NCBI RefSeq assembly: GCF_006345805.1
Contig: NW_021832531.1
Coordinates: 434,001-498,000, forward strand
Direction: 5' to 3'
Length of the DNA: 64,000 bases
DNA from: Octopus sinensis
Taxonomy: Eukaryota
Every line of letters starts with the position of its first letter. The first letter of the stretch is position 1. The notes below the pieces were generated by a model that was not told where the DNA came from, did not search any database, and saw only the letters and a program-made list of their open reading frames with translations. Of the stretch, positions 38,396 to 52,786 are shown one piece after another. The translations under genes and the position numbers were made by a program.

Positions 38396-39279
38396 CTTAT
38401 TTTTCTGTTTTTTGACGGTTCAATCAATATCTTTTTGCGGGCTTTTGCGAAATACCTGGCTTAATTTAATTTTCAACTATTTATCCAGAGTTAGTAAGAC
38501 AGTTCAACCCATATGGTTCCATTTTTTTGCTAAGGAATGTTTCAAAAAAGCTGATGTTATAATTTAGACATTTTTTATTATTTATTGTCACAACATTTCT
38601 AAATCGTTAACTCTGTTTGATTTCACGTCATAATAATTATGACCTAGTTTTCATTATTATAGCAAATCTGCAAAAAATGTATTCTATTCAACTTTCTTAA
38701 TTTCCAATAAAGATAGATAGGATAAAAACTTTTCAATCTTTGGTTTGATAGTGCCGTGTAATCAATGTTAGTCTAAACTGTTCAAAGATGCTTTGAATAT
38801 CTTCTTGTCATATTTAAATAATCCTTTCAATGACTCAGAAAGACTTCTGGTGTAATAGCAATTTTATTGCTATCAAACTCAAATTTTTTTCATACGTCAA
38901 GTCAATGAAAATAGCATGAGAAAATTTTTGTAGCTGTGATAATTTCTCTTTTGTTTGAAATGATAAAGATAATAAATAACCATCTTCTGTCTTTTAAATG
39001 TGATATATATCACCATTGTTTTTGCTGTCATTTGCCTAATCCTTCATTGTTTGAATCTGTATCTTATACTTTCATATAAAAACTCGGTGTTTTTACCGAA
39101 TCCTTGTTCCCTCTTTCGGATGTCAGAACGAATACATTTGTTGTCTTTTGTAATTTCTAATTGGCTAACGAAAAGCTAGAGAATGTATCACTTTGTGCCA
39201 TATTCATTCCCCAAACATGACCATTGTTTTAGCTTTTAATTAACGCGTCCGATCTACTCTTCGAGACAAAGTTAATTTC

Positions 39280-39700
39280 TTTGATGAGCACACGCATTTA
39301 TCTCACAGGATTGATTTCACTTGGAAAAGCTTCCTCAATTATTACATTTAAGTCTTTTGGTATTCTTCCGGCGGGATCATTCCGGACTTATGTTTTCCAC
39401 GCAAATGAAATTATCAAAATAAAGACTGTCATTGGAAAGACAGAACTCTACTCAGTTTATTTTTCTTTTGAATGAATGCTTTACACAATTCAACGGAATC
39501 GTCAAAAATCAACGAATTTTCAACATTGTACACTTGAGCGTTTTGAACAGGAGGACAACCTCCTTGAATTTACTATACTTCTCAACACTCGACATTACAA
39601 TAGAATACAGCCAACACCTAAATCTGTTTCGTTTCTACTGGTTTTTTAATAATCTCAGAATAGTCATGAAACTCACTTCGAAATGAAATTCCAGGAAAAG
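39280..39700 (+). mobile_element. Possible decayed retroviral-type integrase remnant
   Basis: Weak FGI... and TQFNGIV motifs in broken frames. Confidence 0.3.
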
Positions 39701-40429
39701 ATTAATCATGGCTGGTCATTCTATACATATTACTCGTCATGGTAGTCTATCAAAATGTTAATACTCATTTCAAAGAAGACCAATATCTTTCTGGGCCGCC
39801 TTGACTACTTTCTTACGTCGGCATAGTACTTAGATTAGCTCGAATTTTCCTCTTCAATTTGTGTCTGTCTCCGTGTGAAGAAATGGTTACACATTGGCGA
39901 GTTCAAAAGACGAATGAATAAGCCAAAAGGGAAGTAGAGAGTTCATTTTTAGTGATTACTCATAAAGAATATTTTCAGGTTTGTCTATTTCCTCACGTTG
40001 AAAGTCCATCTGCGTAAACAACTCATATATCTCGTTTGTCCTTCTTGATGGCTTCATCGTCGTGGACAGAATCAGGGTTTTGATTCGGAAATTGCTTTCT
40101 TTGTTTCTTTGATTGGAAGTTGACTTTTGGTGAAACATTCCAGCACAAATGACAGAATCAGAATCTACCGAATTGACAGTGACTAGACCATGTACTGTGA
40201 TTTGTTTGAACTGTCTAATTCAATGTACTTGCTTGCAAGTCTTGGTGAGAGTTCCAATCAGAGTGAAATATTATGAGTCTGTCTGCAGTTTGTACGTTTA
40301 GTCATATTCTACCAGCCCAAGTACTCAAAAGTAATATAAACGGATCAAGTTAAGGGTTCGTTGGGGAACTCCCCCTTAAAGCTTTGATTATTAATACTCT
40401 TTTCGAAAAAACAAAAAGTAATTTATTTA

Positions 40430-43230
40430 ATTGAGATTCCGTTTATGCCGTATTTTACTTCAGGTCAATTTTTCTTCCTCAATTCTCTTAACTAGCTGCC
40501 TCCAAGATCCACGGTTCTTTACAACTACTCTGAGCATATCCAAATTATCTTCCATTTCCCCTTTTGTTTCACATTGGTCAGGTCCTTTTGTAGGAGGTTT
40601 AACGGAACGAGTTGTTCACTCCTAGGCAGAAATAGTTTTCCATTGCTATGCTGGCAGATGTCATCTGGTTCATCCGAAATATGTGATCAATAGATGCCAT
40701 TTTGATTCAATGATTTCCAGGCTCAACGCTCTTGCATTACATATTTTGTATAGATTTTTGGTTGTTATTTTCTATGCCCAGTTGATTCCATTCAACAGTC
40801 GGAGTTGTTTACGATGAAAGAAATCTCGTTTGTTAATTATGGCTTTAATATTTTCTTGTCTCTATATATAGTCGATATAATCTCCATAAATCACTTTAGT
40901 TTAAAGTAGATTGTCAATTAGTAGTCTGAAGTCTTTGAGTGCCGCCTCCAGATATGTCACAAAAAGTACCAGTCACAAAGAATCTCCCTGCAGTACCCCG
41001 AACGTTGTATCAAATGGGACAGACTCTTCATTAGCAAGACTCAGCTGCGTAATTTAGAGCAGTGGTTCTCAACGGTGGGCGATTCGCCCCCTAGGGGCGA
41101 TTTTTTTTGGTAGGGGGGCGATTTTTTCTGCCAGGGGGGCGATGGCTGATTGTTAATATTTGAAAAATTAAAATCTTATGTTAGAAGTCGATAATCTTTG
41201 AAAAAATAAAGATATATAATCAAGTCTAATAATATTTATTAATAATATGATATTTTTATTATATTTTATTTAAATTTTTAAGCGTGATTTTTAGTTATCA
41301 TTATGGGTCGTGTTCAAAAAAAAGTCAGAATGTATAAAGATGAATATATTTCTCTTGGAAGAAGAGTTATTATTTGCAAAATCTTTAGTCACGGATACTA
41401 CAGGATTGTCAATATTCAAAATGTTTGAATCTTATTTATTCTTAAATGATATTCCATTTGAACATATTTTATCGTGCGCAACTGATGGCGCAATGGCTAT
41501 GGTTGGAAAATATCGTGGTTTTTTAGCTTTTCTAAAACAAAAATCTCCAATGTCCACTTCAATTCATTGTATTTTACTTTGGCATCATTTAATTGCAAAA
41601 AATTATCTGAAGAATTGAATGCATCAATGCAAACAAACTAAATATAGAAGAAAGAGGCGACATTAGAATTACACTTACGAAAAGAAGTACAAATTTTGAA
41701 AAACTTGTCAATCTTCATCAACCACAAGGATCTCATTAAAACTCTTATTTTCTAAATAAAAATTTTTACTAATGAAATAAGGGGGCGATATAAAAATTGG
41801 AGGGGCGAAAAAAATTCCAAGGGGGCGATACAAAAATAAAGGTTGAGAACCACTGATTTAGAGTAATAAACGGAGCATTCTGACAAAGTCCTCGTTACTT
41901 AAATTCTCCAAGATATTGAGAAGTCTCCCTCTGGGTATAGAGTCAAATGCCTTAGACATATCAATGTCAAAAATGCCAGTACCACCCTTGTTCTTTTGAT
42001 GTATTGCACAAAGCTATCAACGTCCCCATACCACATCAGCTGTAGATGCCCCTGGCCTGCATCCGCTTTGACCGTGAGAGAGGAAGTTCACAATGTCAGG
42101 TCAAATCCTATTCAATACTATATGTGATAGTGTCTTGCAGGGAGTTGTAAATAATCTTAAACTTGTTAAGGTTTTTTAGTGTGCCATTGCCCACGTCTAG
42201 TGTTGAGTTGTGCTTGAATGTTTTGTTGTATATCTCGGTTAATAACTCGGAGATCTCGTATTTGAGAAGTTTTGCATTTATGTTGTCAGGGCCGGCAGCT
42301 CTATGGTTGTTTAATTCGTCAAGACCTTTCTTTGTTTCCAGAATCGTTATCGAAATATTTAATTCTCGTACTTCACCATAGAATTGTTTGTCTTTGTTTT
42401 GTTGAAGGCCAGCTGATAATGGCGGCCGATAAGATTTCGTGTTTGTTTAGCATAGTCTTACAAAAATGATCGTGTATTGTGATTTTTAATGGCTGCGTGC
42501 CTCCATGTAGTAGATGAACAGCTTTGAACATTTGAGTGCCATTTTTGAACCTTTCTACTTCTTTAGCCATTCTTACAAGTTTATTTTCCTTTATTTCCCT
42601 GGTTCTTTTCTTTATTTTATACAGGGTTTGATTCCGCGTGACTCTTAGATTGTGTTCCTTTGCCTGGTACTGAGAAGTTGCAACCTTCAAATGTGGATAG
42701 TTTTTTTAAGCTTGTGGTTATAGTAACGTTGAAATGTTTTAGTTTTACTCTGTGAATGTGCTGCACAGTATTGCATCGATAGTGTCTTGTCAATCATTTC
42801 TCTCAATGTATTTCGATAGCTTTCCGAGTCGTCCGTCAATGGAGAGTTGCTCCAATGCGAATCTCTTTTCCGATACCTTCCTGCTAGTAGCTTTAGAAAC
42901 GCCAAAATATCTTTTGAAAAGAAAACGTGCCACAACCAATCTGTGATCACTGTCCACTAATGTCCCACTGTAGCTTCGAGAATCTGTTATTGGTGCCTTG
43001 TATTTTTGTTTGAAGATAATGTAGTCTATTTAGTTGAATATAGACTTGATATTTCCAGATTTGCCTTTCTACAGCAGCTCCATGTCTTGCTAAGTGTTTA
43101 AAAGTAGTATTGCATAGAAATAGTTTGAAGTGATTTTCCTGATCAATTCCCGATCCCTCTTCCATGACTTCCCATGAATTCTTCGTGGCAACTCTCATGT
43201 TCTGCCTCTGTGTTCCAGTCTCCGGGAATG
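40430..43230 (-). mobile_element. Decayed RTE-like LINE interrupted by a hAT element
   Basis: Linker, RT and 3' motifs of the 25012 family. The frame EDFVRMLRLL...FDTTFGVLQGDSL spans the hAT insertion. Confidence 0.8.
41060..41855 (+). mobile_element. Non-autonomous hAT (Buster/Charlie type)
   Basis: 14-bp perfect TIR CAGTGGTTCTCAAC, 8-bp TSD atttagag, transposase piece CATDGAMAMVGKYRG...IHCI. Confidence 0.93.
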
Positions 43231-43499
43231 TATATCATGAACGATGTTTCAAAGATTAATATACTTGTTCTTTTTATTCTATTTTAAGTGTATGACACAT
43301 ATTCTATCACTCACTCTCCACGTCTTGTGGATTCGATTGTTCAGTTTTTGTATATTGAAAATCCCATGCTGTAGTTTGGACAATTCGAAGGGTTTAGAAT
43401 CAGATTTATAATCCTACACGTGTGAAAAGCAAGGTAATCATCTGAACAATCATATTTTAGCCCCTCTGTGATGGGCAAAAACCCATAGAGAATCCAGAT

Positions 43500-45300
43500 C
43501 ATCTTTGTTTTGTAAGTTCTTACCAACAGAGTTGAGATCCTTCCCAGAACTCCCGGGAAGATAAATTTCGGCCGTCCACGATATTCTTACCATACACTAT
43601 GAAGTATTCGTACATTGCGAGATTAACGGAGGTGGCTGGGCTCAGTGGTCTGCCACAATTTCTGCAGACAGCGGTCTAGCGTTATAGTGTTTGTAGAACG
43701 ACTGATTATTGATTTTAGGTGGCCAGTGAAGTCAGTGAAAGGAATCTATAGTCTTCCGTTCAGTATTCGAGATTCCTCTCCCAATGTCAAAGAATTATAA
43801 AATAGAACAGGTTTCACATAGACGTGGTAAAGCATTGATATGAGTTAGCGATTAGCAGGCCGGGTTTGGAGCCAAGTTTTCCATATTTTGCTCTAACTAT
43901 CTGCGGGTAGTGTTTCCACCGTCTCCTAGCAAAAAGGCGAGTTCATATCCCTTCAAGTTTCACAAACTTTGGCGTCCATGCGTTTTATCTCAGTGAATTC
44001 GATTTTAGAAATGTTGATTATGAGAAACAACTTATTAAGTGTCCTTAAAGAATAGTTTAGAAGATCGATTAGGAAAGTGATCGATTAGATTGTTGTCAGA
44101 AACAAAGTGAACATCGTCAGCATAGACAATTTCGCTGATAGAACCATCGTAGAAAGATCTCAAATATTTCAAACGTGTTTCCAAATAGACGATAAACGTC
44201 AGAGGCAAGAGAAAATTTCTAAAGGCATGCCGACATTCGTTTCAAACCGCCTTGAGAGAGACGATCCAACATTGACAGATAATTCTGTCTTAGTAGGCAG
44301 TAACCGTATCATTCTGACTTCATCCTCAGTCAGGAAACTCTGTAGGACCCCGATAAATAAATCACAGCGTACACAGTCAAAGGCTTTCGACATGTCAATA
44401 TCGAGGATGGTCGTGATTCTTTTAAATTTCTGCTGAATAGCGCATCGCCATCTGTGACTCCAGAAAAAATTCGCAGTAAATCCGCTCTGACTCAAATTCA
44501 TTAACACTCTCGTTTGTGCGACTCAATACAACTGGCAACTCAAAAGTATGAAGAGGCAGAGATTTTTAAACGGGCTGAAGATTTTGTTGGCTTTTTATAT
44601 AGAGATGAGTATGCCTGACCCTAGCAGAGATGGGTCGTGGGTAGTAAACATGCCTCAATTTTGTCCATAATCGACTTTAAACCGTACTTCATCAGCTCTA
44701 ATTTGGTCCAGCAGGCCGACAGTTCTTGAGTTTGCTAGCAGCTCGGGCAACCTCCTCCACTGTGATGGCCCTGTCGAAATGTACGGCTGTGCTAGTAAAA
44801 GGAGGAATATCGTCGGTGGTTAACTTGAATTGATTTTCAAAATAATCAGCTATTAGTTCGGCTAGAATAGTGGGGTCGTGAATAATTGTTCCTGTGTTAT
44901 CAATGATTTTAAGTTTACTGTAGTTTCCTCTTTTAGATAGTCGTATGACCTGAAACATTTGTGCGCCGACCCCGAGTTCTTCAATTTACATTACAAAAGA
45001 CTTCAGGGTGTACAGACCGTGCTTCTTGATGTGTCTTTTTATTCTGGCAAGTTCATTCTCAAGTTGAGATTTGTTGCTATGATCGTTTTTATTTTCAATT
45101 CTGAGTTTGATATTTTTTTGCTTAATGATAAGTGCATACACATCTGGATAACTATCCCAAATGGGTTTTATTTGTCCGCTTTTCAATATGTTTGCCAACA
45201 GCTATATCATTTAGCTGCCTATATGTATTCCTTTCAGAATAAACTCTCATATGTCATTTGGGAAAAAGCCAGTTATCTATAGAGTGCTGGTAAGTTGCCC
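43500..45300 (-). mobile_element. Decayed RTE-like LINE
   Basis: SKLKNCRPAGP, LDIDMSKAFD, SFLTEDEVRMIRLL and FETNVGMP. Confidence 0.8.
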
Positions 45301-45464
45301 GAGACTGAGGTGAATAAAACACATTTTCCGTAAAACATCTTTTCCTAGCAGCGAATGGGATTTGGTAACTTAATGTATAAAAATATTTTTAGTTAAATAA
45401 AATTCTGTGATTTATTACAATTTAAAATATAATTTAAATTGTTGTATAACACGTTTAATTCCTG

Positions 45465-46252
45465 ATGAGGTTGTTTTGTTTTCTTGACATTAAAAAAAAT
45501 TATCTTATTAAATTTTTTAAATTAATTTAGCAAAATAAATTTGAACAACTTGAAATCAAAAGTGAACAAGGTACTTGAAAAGTCCGAGGAAAAAAAGCGA
45601 AACTTCTTGGAGACCATTGAACTTCAAGTCCTGCTCAAAGGATATGACACAACGAGGGATAAGAGATTCTCTGGAGTTGTAAGGTACATACAAGGTATTT
45701 ATTCCTTCAGACTTCGACACGTTCCAAGGCCGAAGCTACGAGTTTGTGTAATCGGGGACGAGGAGCACATTAAACAGGCGAAGGAACTCGGGATTGATGG
45801 CGTGAACATAAACCAAACAAGTCTCCTCGCTCAAAATCCTAGGGAGAAAAAAAAATTTGGTTTAAAATTAAAAATAATTTAAGTCAAAAAATATTCTGGA
45901 TTTATTGTCACTCAAGATTTGATGAGAACAGTGACTCGTCATCTTGGTCCTACTCCTTCGAGGTACGGCAGGTTGGTGTTTGCCATAAACCCGAATGAGA
46001 CGGTTATTTCTCGAGTTAATGATCTGAGGGCCTCGATAAAGTTTCAGTTGAAAAAAGTTTGTTTTTTTTGTTTATTGTAAGGTCAAAGTATTGAATACTG
46101 CAGTTGCCAATATTGGTATGAGTGAGAAAGACATTTGTGAGAATATTATCATGGCCACTAATTTTCTTGTATCACTTACAAAGAAGCAGTGGCAAAATGT
46201 GGGCGCTCTCTATATTAAATCAACTATGGGTCCTTCCCAGAAAATATATTAA
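45465..46252 (+). CDS. RPL10A: 60S ribosomal protein uL1, divergent
   Basis: ATG AG|intron, KKRNFLETIELQV, YDTTRDKRFSG, IKFQLKK, KKQWQNV and KSTMGP. Confidence 0.92.
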
Positions 46253-46674
46253 TTCATTTTGGCTTTACTCTTTTGATTTTTTGACCTAAATTTTTTAATT
46301 GTCTCTTGTAGTAATTTATATTTGCAAGACTTTTCATTTCTAGGTATTTTAACGTTTATTGTTTTAACGTGTCTAAAACCTTACTTATGTATACTCGCAG
46401 GATATGAAAGGATCGTTTTTACTTATGAAATAATGCAATTATTTATCGATGGCTCCAGACAGCATCAGCCGTCGATCTTCTGACCGCAAGGAGTAGACTG
46501 ATTTTTATATACGGGCTTGGATAATAGTTGACATAGTTTTCTCTTAAAGTGGTAATCAATAGTATTGGTCACAAGTTTCCAGACCGGCCTCGTAGTTTTC
46601 TGGTTTTTAAATGGGTATTAATACTCCTTTCCCGATTTTTTTGTTTAATATTTGTACGAGTAGATTCTCTAGGC

Positions 46675-47223
46675 CAGCGGTTCTCAAATGCGGCCCCCGG
46701 GGCCGCATGTGGCCTCCAGGATTTTTTTTGCGGCCCCTCTAGAGTAACTAACTTTTTTAATTTTTTAATAATGTTTAAATTTAATTATTCATTCTTAAGG
46801 TTAAACATATCCATAATTGGTGATTTCATTAATCAATTTGAAGCACGTTTTGGGGTACATTATAAATTTAATTTTTAGAATTTTAAAGAATTCCTTCCTT
46901 TAATGAGAATATTCTCAACTCCATTCAGCGTGGAAATTAAGGATGCGCCTGCAAAGTTTCAACTAGAACTCATTAATTTACAACATGATATAGAACTGGC
47001 GGCATTGTTCAAAAATGCGTCCATTATTAATTTTTACGAATTAATTCCTCAAGACAAATTCAAAAATATAACACACAATGCATATATGAATCTACATATT
47101 TATGCGAATCAATATTTAGTAAAATGGAAAATATAAAAATATATAAAATATTTTTTGTGCGGCCCGCGAAGCTAATCTTAATTATCGATTTGGCCCTTGA
47201 GCTAAAAAGGTTGAGAACCCCTG
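46675..47223 (+). mobile_element. Non-autonomous hAT (Spin/GTF2IRD2-like fragment)
   Basis: TIR CAGCGGTTCTCAAA / CAGGGGTTCTCAAC, 8-bp TSD ctctaggc, FSTPFSVE...QLELINLQ. Confidence 0.9.
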
Positions 47224-47339
47224 CTCTAGGCTATTGGGGGCATATTTGAGTAATCCCGTCGCATCCTGCAGTTCTGTTGTTATTCATTCTTTGAAATTTT
47301 TTTTAAGAAGAGAAGAAAATATGAAAAAGTTAACACGAG

Positions 47340-47530
47340 TTTATAAAGAGCCTGGAGGTCAGCTCAAAGTCGCCGCACTGCGTATCGAGTGGCAGTTTCC
47401 GCGGAGCACCGCGACCGAGATTCGCTGGAAGAGCCAGCTCGTCTCCCTCCGGTCGTTGGTCTTCCTGGCAATGTCGGCAAGAAGGCGAGTCGCAGACCTG
47501 CCGACGATTCTAGATGTTTCGAAGGCGAGG
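47340..47530 (-). mobile_element. CRE-like 3' fragment abutting an RTE linker remnant (about 47530-47900)
   Basis: FETSRIVG...WLFQRISVAVLRGN. Confidence 0.8.
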
Positions 47531-48599
47531 TCCAAAATATCAAAATGTGTTGTTTCATTTAACAGGCTCCATGGATGTCCGATATATGGGGATATATAGA
47601 TGTCATCTGTTTGGAAATGTTTCTGGAAGTGGTCAGCAATTCCCGAGGCTTCATCCCCATCATTGAGTATTAAGTGTTCTGGTTCGTCCATGTCGATATT
47701 TTCGAGTTTTGAAAACCCGGTTAAGCATCTGAACATTTAACTTCCAGGTGAGAGCTTTTTAATTTCTGGGACTTTCTCGTCTAGGTAGTTAGTTCATAAT
47801 AAGGGTCCTGGGCTTTTATTTCATGAGGGATTCTGTCGTCTTGGTTTTTTTTATAGCTAGTCCAAGTCGTCTTATATCTGTCCAGATGTTAGAAAGTTTT
47901 ATTACAGAGATAGAGGTTGAATGCCAGACAGAAGCCAATTAGAGACTCATTGGATGAATTTACCGTGCCTTCTGATGCATAATTTTTGGTTTTTTTTAAT
48001 GCATGCTTTGGCATTTTACTCTCGAGCCAGAAACACGATTGTTGTTTTTTACACTTTGGAAAGGCTCGCATAAAATTCGTCAAACTCATCGGAGGTACCT
48101 AATATTCTACCCGTATAGGGTACATAAATGTTGATAACAGTTAACAATTTACTCTATTATCTATGAATTTGGAATTACAGGGAAAAATCAACTCATAACT
48201 CATTTGTCAGATTATATCAGGTGTTTTATTTTGAAAATAAATTTATGAAAGTTTCAGTTATTAAATATAGATTTCGCTTGTTTTTCTACTTGTAAAAAGC
48301 TGAAGTACTCTTCAACTTGTATACATAGTATAATGAATTTCTGAAGTATGAAAGAAAACTGGATTTGTAGATAAAAGAATTTCAGAAAGAATTCAATGAT
48401 TTTTCGTATTTTGAAAGTGGATTTTTATTATTCACACCACCAATCGCTTCCGATGCTTCCAAAGACTCGCGACTGCTTCTGGGAACTGAGCATGTCAATT
48501 CTAATTTCTCGTAATAAGAAAACACCTACTTGCAGTATGCTTGGACATAAGGGGCCGCGTAGAGTATTAGTTGAATTTTTAAATTAAACATATTTGAAG

Positions 48600-48950
48600 T
48601 AGGAAAGTTTTTCAATGGCCAGTTCTTTAAAGATATGGAATTAATTAAAATATCCGCTCCTGAATCAATCGCCACAACTGCCGAATGTAAAAAAATGCGA
48701 AGTACTCTTCACTTGTGGAGAAGTACCAATTTTTTCCATTCGTAGTTGAGACGTCGGGTTCTTTGTGCGAGAGGCAATCAGTTTCGTTCAGGAGATCGGG
48801 TCCCGGATGTCGACACTCACAAGCGACATCCACGAATCGAGATGGTTTTTTGTGCGGATATCCCTCGCAATAGTACGCTCGAACTCTTTCTAGATCGTTT
48901 AAAGGTGGTGGTTTCAATGTCGTCAAGCTTCTGGGCTCTCCGTTAGATGG
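48600..48950 (+). mobile_element. Possible decayed APE endonuclease
   Basis: THKRHPRIEMVF resembles the PT...IDLVF motif. Weak. Confidence 0.3.
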
Positions 48951-49509
48951 CCAAGCAGCTAATTGGTCGAAATGCAACTATTATCTATTCTAATTTTACT
49001 TCTAGAAGATTTGAAAAACGTGAAGAGATACGACCGATGTAAAACTAACCATAGAAAACCGTAGAGAAGCCAAGTCTTTAATTAGATTTGGTTTTAAGGT
49101 TGGATTCTCAAAAATCACGGCGGAATGGTTTAGAAGGCCAGAGATTCAATACTATTGTTGCCAACTATTCGGACACATTGCGCACTTATGTGGAAATAAA
49201 GAAAGATTTCTATTATGTTCGGGAACCCACCGAAGATCAGAATGTAAATCTGATGGGAAGAACAGAAATAAGTACATTAACAGACAATACAGCAACCAAA
49301 ATTAAAATGGACAGTATTTTGTTCCGAAGTAAAGAACGTAACCAGGATAGTTCGTATGAAAGATCTAAACCCAGAAAGATCGGCATAAATAATAAAGATC
49401 TATTTAAACTAATGAGAATGTATGGAATATCACTCCGGAAAATATAAAAATTGATACTGGAGTACAGACCGAGCGACTCTCATTGTCCTCTGTTGGCGAC
49501 TTTTCCCAG

Positions 49510-50000
49510 ACCTAATCGAGTTCTAAGTTAAATCTAGGAATACCACGATATCTTTGGAATGAATAACGTCTAGAAAATAAAAATTGCAATCTACATATGA
49601 ATGAATGAGTTCTTTGATTGTACAAAACACAGCCTTTCGAATGTGTTTTCATCCACTTTATTGTGTCATCCGAAGCCATCAATTCGTATAAAATCATAGT
49701 AATTGTCTTATTAAATCGTTCAACTATCTTAGGATTTTTCGGTCTTCCACGAATTTGAATTCTGTCCCGTTATCAGACTAGAAATATCTGAAAGGGTCAT
49801 GATCCATGAAAATGCTGTTTAATTTTTCAGCGACGTCAATTACACTTTCATTTCTAAGATTCCTTGTGGTGGCATATTCCGAATAGACGTCAATAACGGT
49901 TAACACCAAAGAAAATTGATCATTGTCATTTACAAACCATGGAAAAACACAATTTTATACCTTTTATGTCAATTGTCTTTGGAATATGCTTAAAAATCTA
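49510..50000 (-). mobile_element. Decayed Ginger/Maverick-like rve integrase
   Basis: VIDVYSEYA, SDNGTEF, IVERFNKTI and VLYNQRTHS, with stops. Confidence 0.65.
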
Positions 50001-50308
50001 TTAGCTGATTGTTATCGTGATTATATTTTCTTGTTTATCATTAAAAATTTGAGTTTTTCCATTAAGAGTAATGCGAGTATAGCGTACACGAGAGGATTTG
50101 AAAGACATAGTTCGACTCTCAAAGTCGAGAATTTGTTCTTGAAGTTTAAAGAGCATCGGGTTTAACACAAACTTGTTCAAGAAAATTTTTTCCTAAATTT
50201 TGTTTAATTAAATTAAAAAATAATTTAATTTTATTTAAGTAATATTTTATTTAAATAATTTAACTAAAAAATAAAATTAACGTGATCAAGTAGCTGTAAC
50301 ATATTCAC

Positions 50309-52015
50309 ATGGAACAACCTCTATATTATGCATACTCCGACAGTAAATTTACAGAATTGATTTTTAGACGAATTCACCGAAACCGACGAGGAAGAATATG
50401 TCCAAGAACAAGTACTCTTATAGAATATAACACTCAAACAGACAAAAAATCAGCCAAACTCTCAATCGAGATCCGCAGTCCATCACTATCAGCCTATTAA
50501 AGGTCTATTAAAAAGTCTCAGTTCAGGTTTTTTATTTTTTTAACCCAAGACACGTTTAACTGCATAAACAAAATAATCGACAAAGATTGTCTTACTGCAG
50601 GGGACATTGACAAAAAGTAAATGAAGTTATCCTACATAGAAATACCCTTCGAGAAAAGTCACAAAGGTCAACGGCCGAACAAGTTCTCGACCAACGAACC
50701 CTCCTTATTCTCTACCGACTTGTAAGGAGAAAAGTCCTTACCAAAATCAACGGATGTGTGAACACAGGAAAAGAGGCAAATGTCTATCACGGAATTAGCG
50801 AAACCGGGGAATTGGCCGTGAAAGTGATTTTTTCTTGAAAATTTTTTTAGGTATTTAAAACGTCGATTTTGGTCTTCAAAGACCGTCAACGATATTTGGA
50901 GGGAGAACACCGATTCAGAAACCGATTTCGGGGAAATTCACGGAAGAGTATCCTCATTTGGGCAGAAAAGGAGTTCGGGAATCTCAACCGGTGATTCTAC
51001 GGAATAACCCCGCAGATTATACAAGGCTGGGATTCCGTGTCCTCAGCCATTTTTTATAAAAGAACATGTGATTGTGATGTCCTTTGTAGGGAGGGAAGGA
51101 TGGTGAATTAATGAGCTTTAATCTCTAGGCCAGCACCTCTTTTGAAGGAAGTTAAGTTGTCCTTGTCCTCGGCATGTCGTCTCTACGTTCAATGTGTGCT
51201 TATGATGAGGAGAATGTACCACGACTGTCACCTCGTCCATGGGGATTTGAGTGAATTCAACCTCATGTTTGTGTCCTTCCTGATTGGTTAGGATGTTGGG
51301 GGATCAGCTTTTTATTATTGACGTGGCACAATCTGTGGAACATGACCACCCCAATGCTCTCCACTTTTTGAGATCAGATTGTAAAAATGTTACTGGTTTG
51401 TTACTTTATTATTTTTTTAGCATTTTTCCGTCGGAATGGGGTGCCGACGATGGGAATAAGGCGGTTGTTTGACTTTGTTGTCGATTTGAGTCTTGGAGTG
51501 GTGGATGAATCATTTGTGGAGGAGATTATGGAGGGATGTGCGGAAGATGAGACTGTTCACGATGAGAGGGAAGAAGTGTTTATGAATTCCTTCATTCCTC
51601 GGACTCTTGATCAACTCAAGGACGCCGAACGTGCATTTGAGTTGAGGCAGAGAGGGGAATTAGATGGGGTAGTATTTTTTGGTATTTTTAGCTTATCAAC
51701 AATAACGTGGTTGGACTCAACCAGGACTTTTGTGGGGCAGATGTGGGCGAGGAATCAGAAAACGGGAGAAGTGGGGATTCTGGGGAGTCGGAAAGTTTGG
51801 AAGAGGGAGAATTCGTAGAAAGGAAGGAAAAAAGAGATGACAATTCTGTGAGGTTACGGGACATGTCTCCCAATAGTCGCAAAGTTGATTGGTTATTATT
51901 TTTTAAGAGTCATAAAAAAGAAATAAAAGAACAGAATCGACTCCGGAGGCAAGAAAAGACCCCCAAGCACATAAAGAAGAGGGAGCATATTTTATCGATG
52001 AGACTTCGTAAATGA
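50309..52015 (+). CDS. RIOK1: RIO1 kinase
   Basis: [46 protein letters not shown] and basic tail [11 protein letters not shown]. Confidence 0.93.
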
Positions 52016-52786
52016 TTTTTACACTTTGTAATCATTTAATAACATTATTCTTTATTGACTGCATTTTTCTTTTCAATTCCAAGTATTTGCGCGGATTACT
52101 CTAGTTGGCTCTATTTTTGTTGGAGTGTCTATCGATGGTAAATTCATGAGCTTTATTGTCACAACTGAGATTTTGTTTGTTGCAACTGACAGTATTTCAG
52201 TGTAAAATTAGCATTTAATTGCAAGGTTATACATGTCAGCATATCGTGCTGCTTTGAAAATTACATTTATTTGATGAGTATATGTTATACTCTTTATTAG
52301 GATGATATATTTATAGGCTCGATCACACGGGGAAAGGAACTTTTTTAGGGAGGGATAGATAGATTTCCTTTTTAAAAATATGAGCTCGGGCTTATAATAT
52401 AGAGAACACGGTAATTTATTTTATTTTCATTACCTTTGCAAATTTAAGAGATATTTCCGACTCAATGTCAGGAAATAAATTTAATAATATCGAAATAAAA
52501 TTATTACTAACTTGCCAATTATTTTTGGAAAATTTCCTAACTGAAAAATCTGAAATTCTTATATTTATTGATTATTCCATAATTTGAAGTATTAATCTAC
52601 GTCAAAACACTCATTATGTTGTGAGATTGAGCTAAGTGTTTTTATTATACAATTCTTTGATCATTCACTGTTGTGAAAATTCATTTAAATTCTACTTTTT
52701 CTGATAAACAGAATATTTCTGTCTGTCTTTATCTTATTTATAGGGCTTGACTTATGTTGGATTTTATCCTTCCAAACAAAAGAACC

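Noticed and set aside
46395-46495. Box C/D snoRNA downstream of RPL10A
   Set aside because: A CTGA is present, but there is no proper RTGATGA box, terminal stem or recognisable rRNA complement.
47359-47736. Novel chimeric 125-aa gene
   Set aside because: Chance in-frame join of an RTE linker remnant and a CRE 3' end. No evidence of expression.
48645-48977. 110-aa Cys-containing minus-strand protein
   Set aside because: No motif or splice context. More likely the antisense of a decayed LINE endonuclease.
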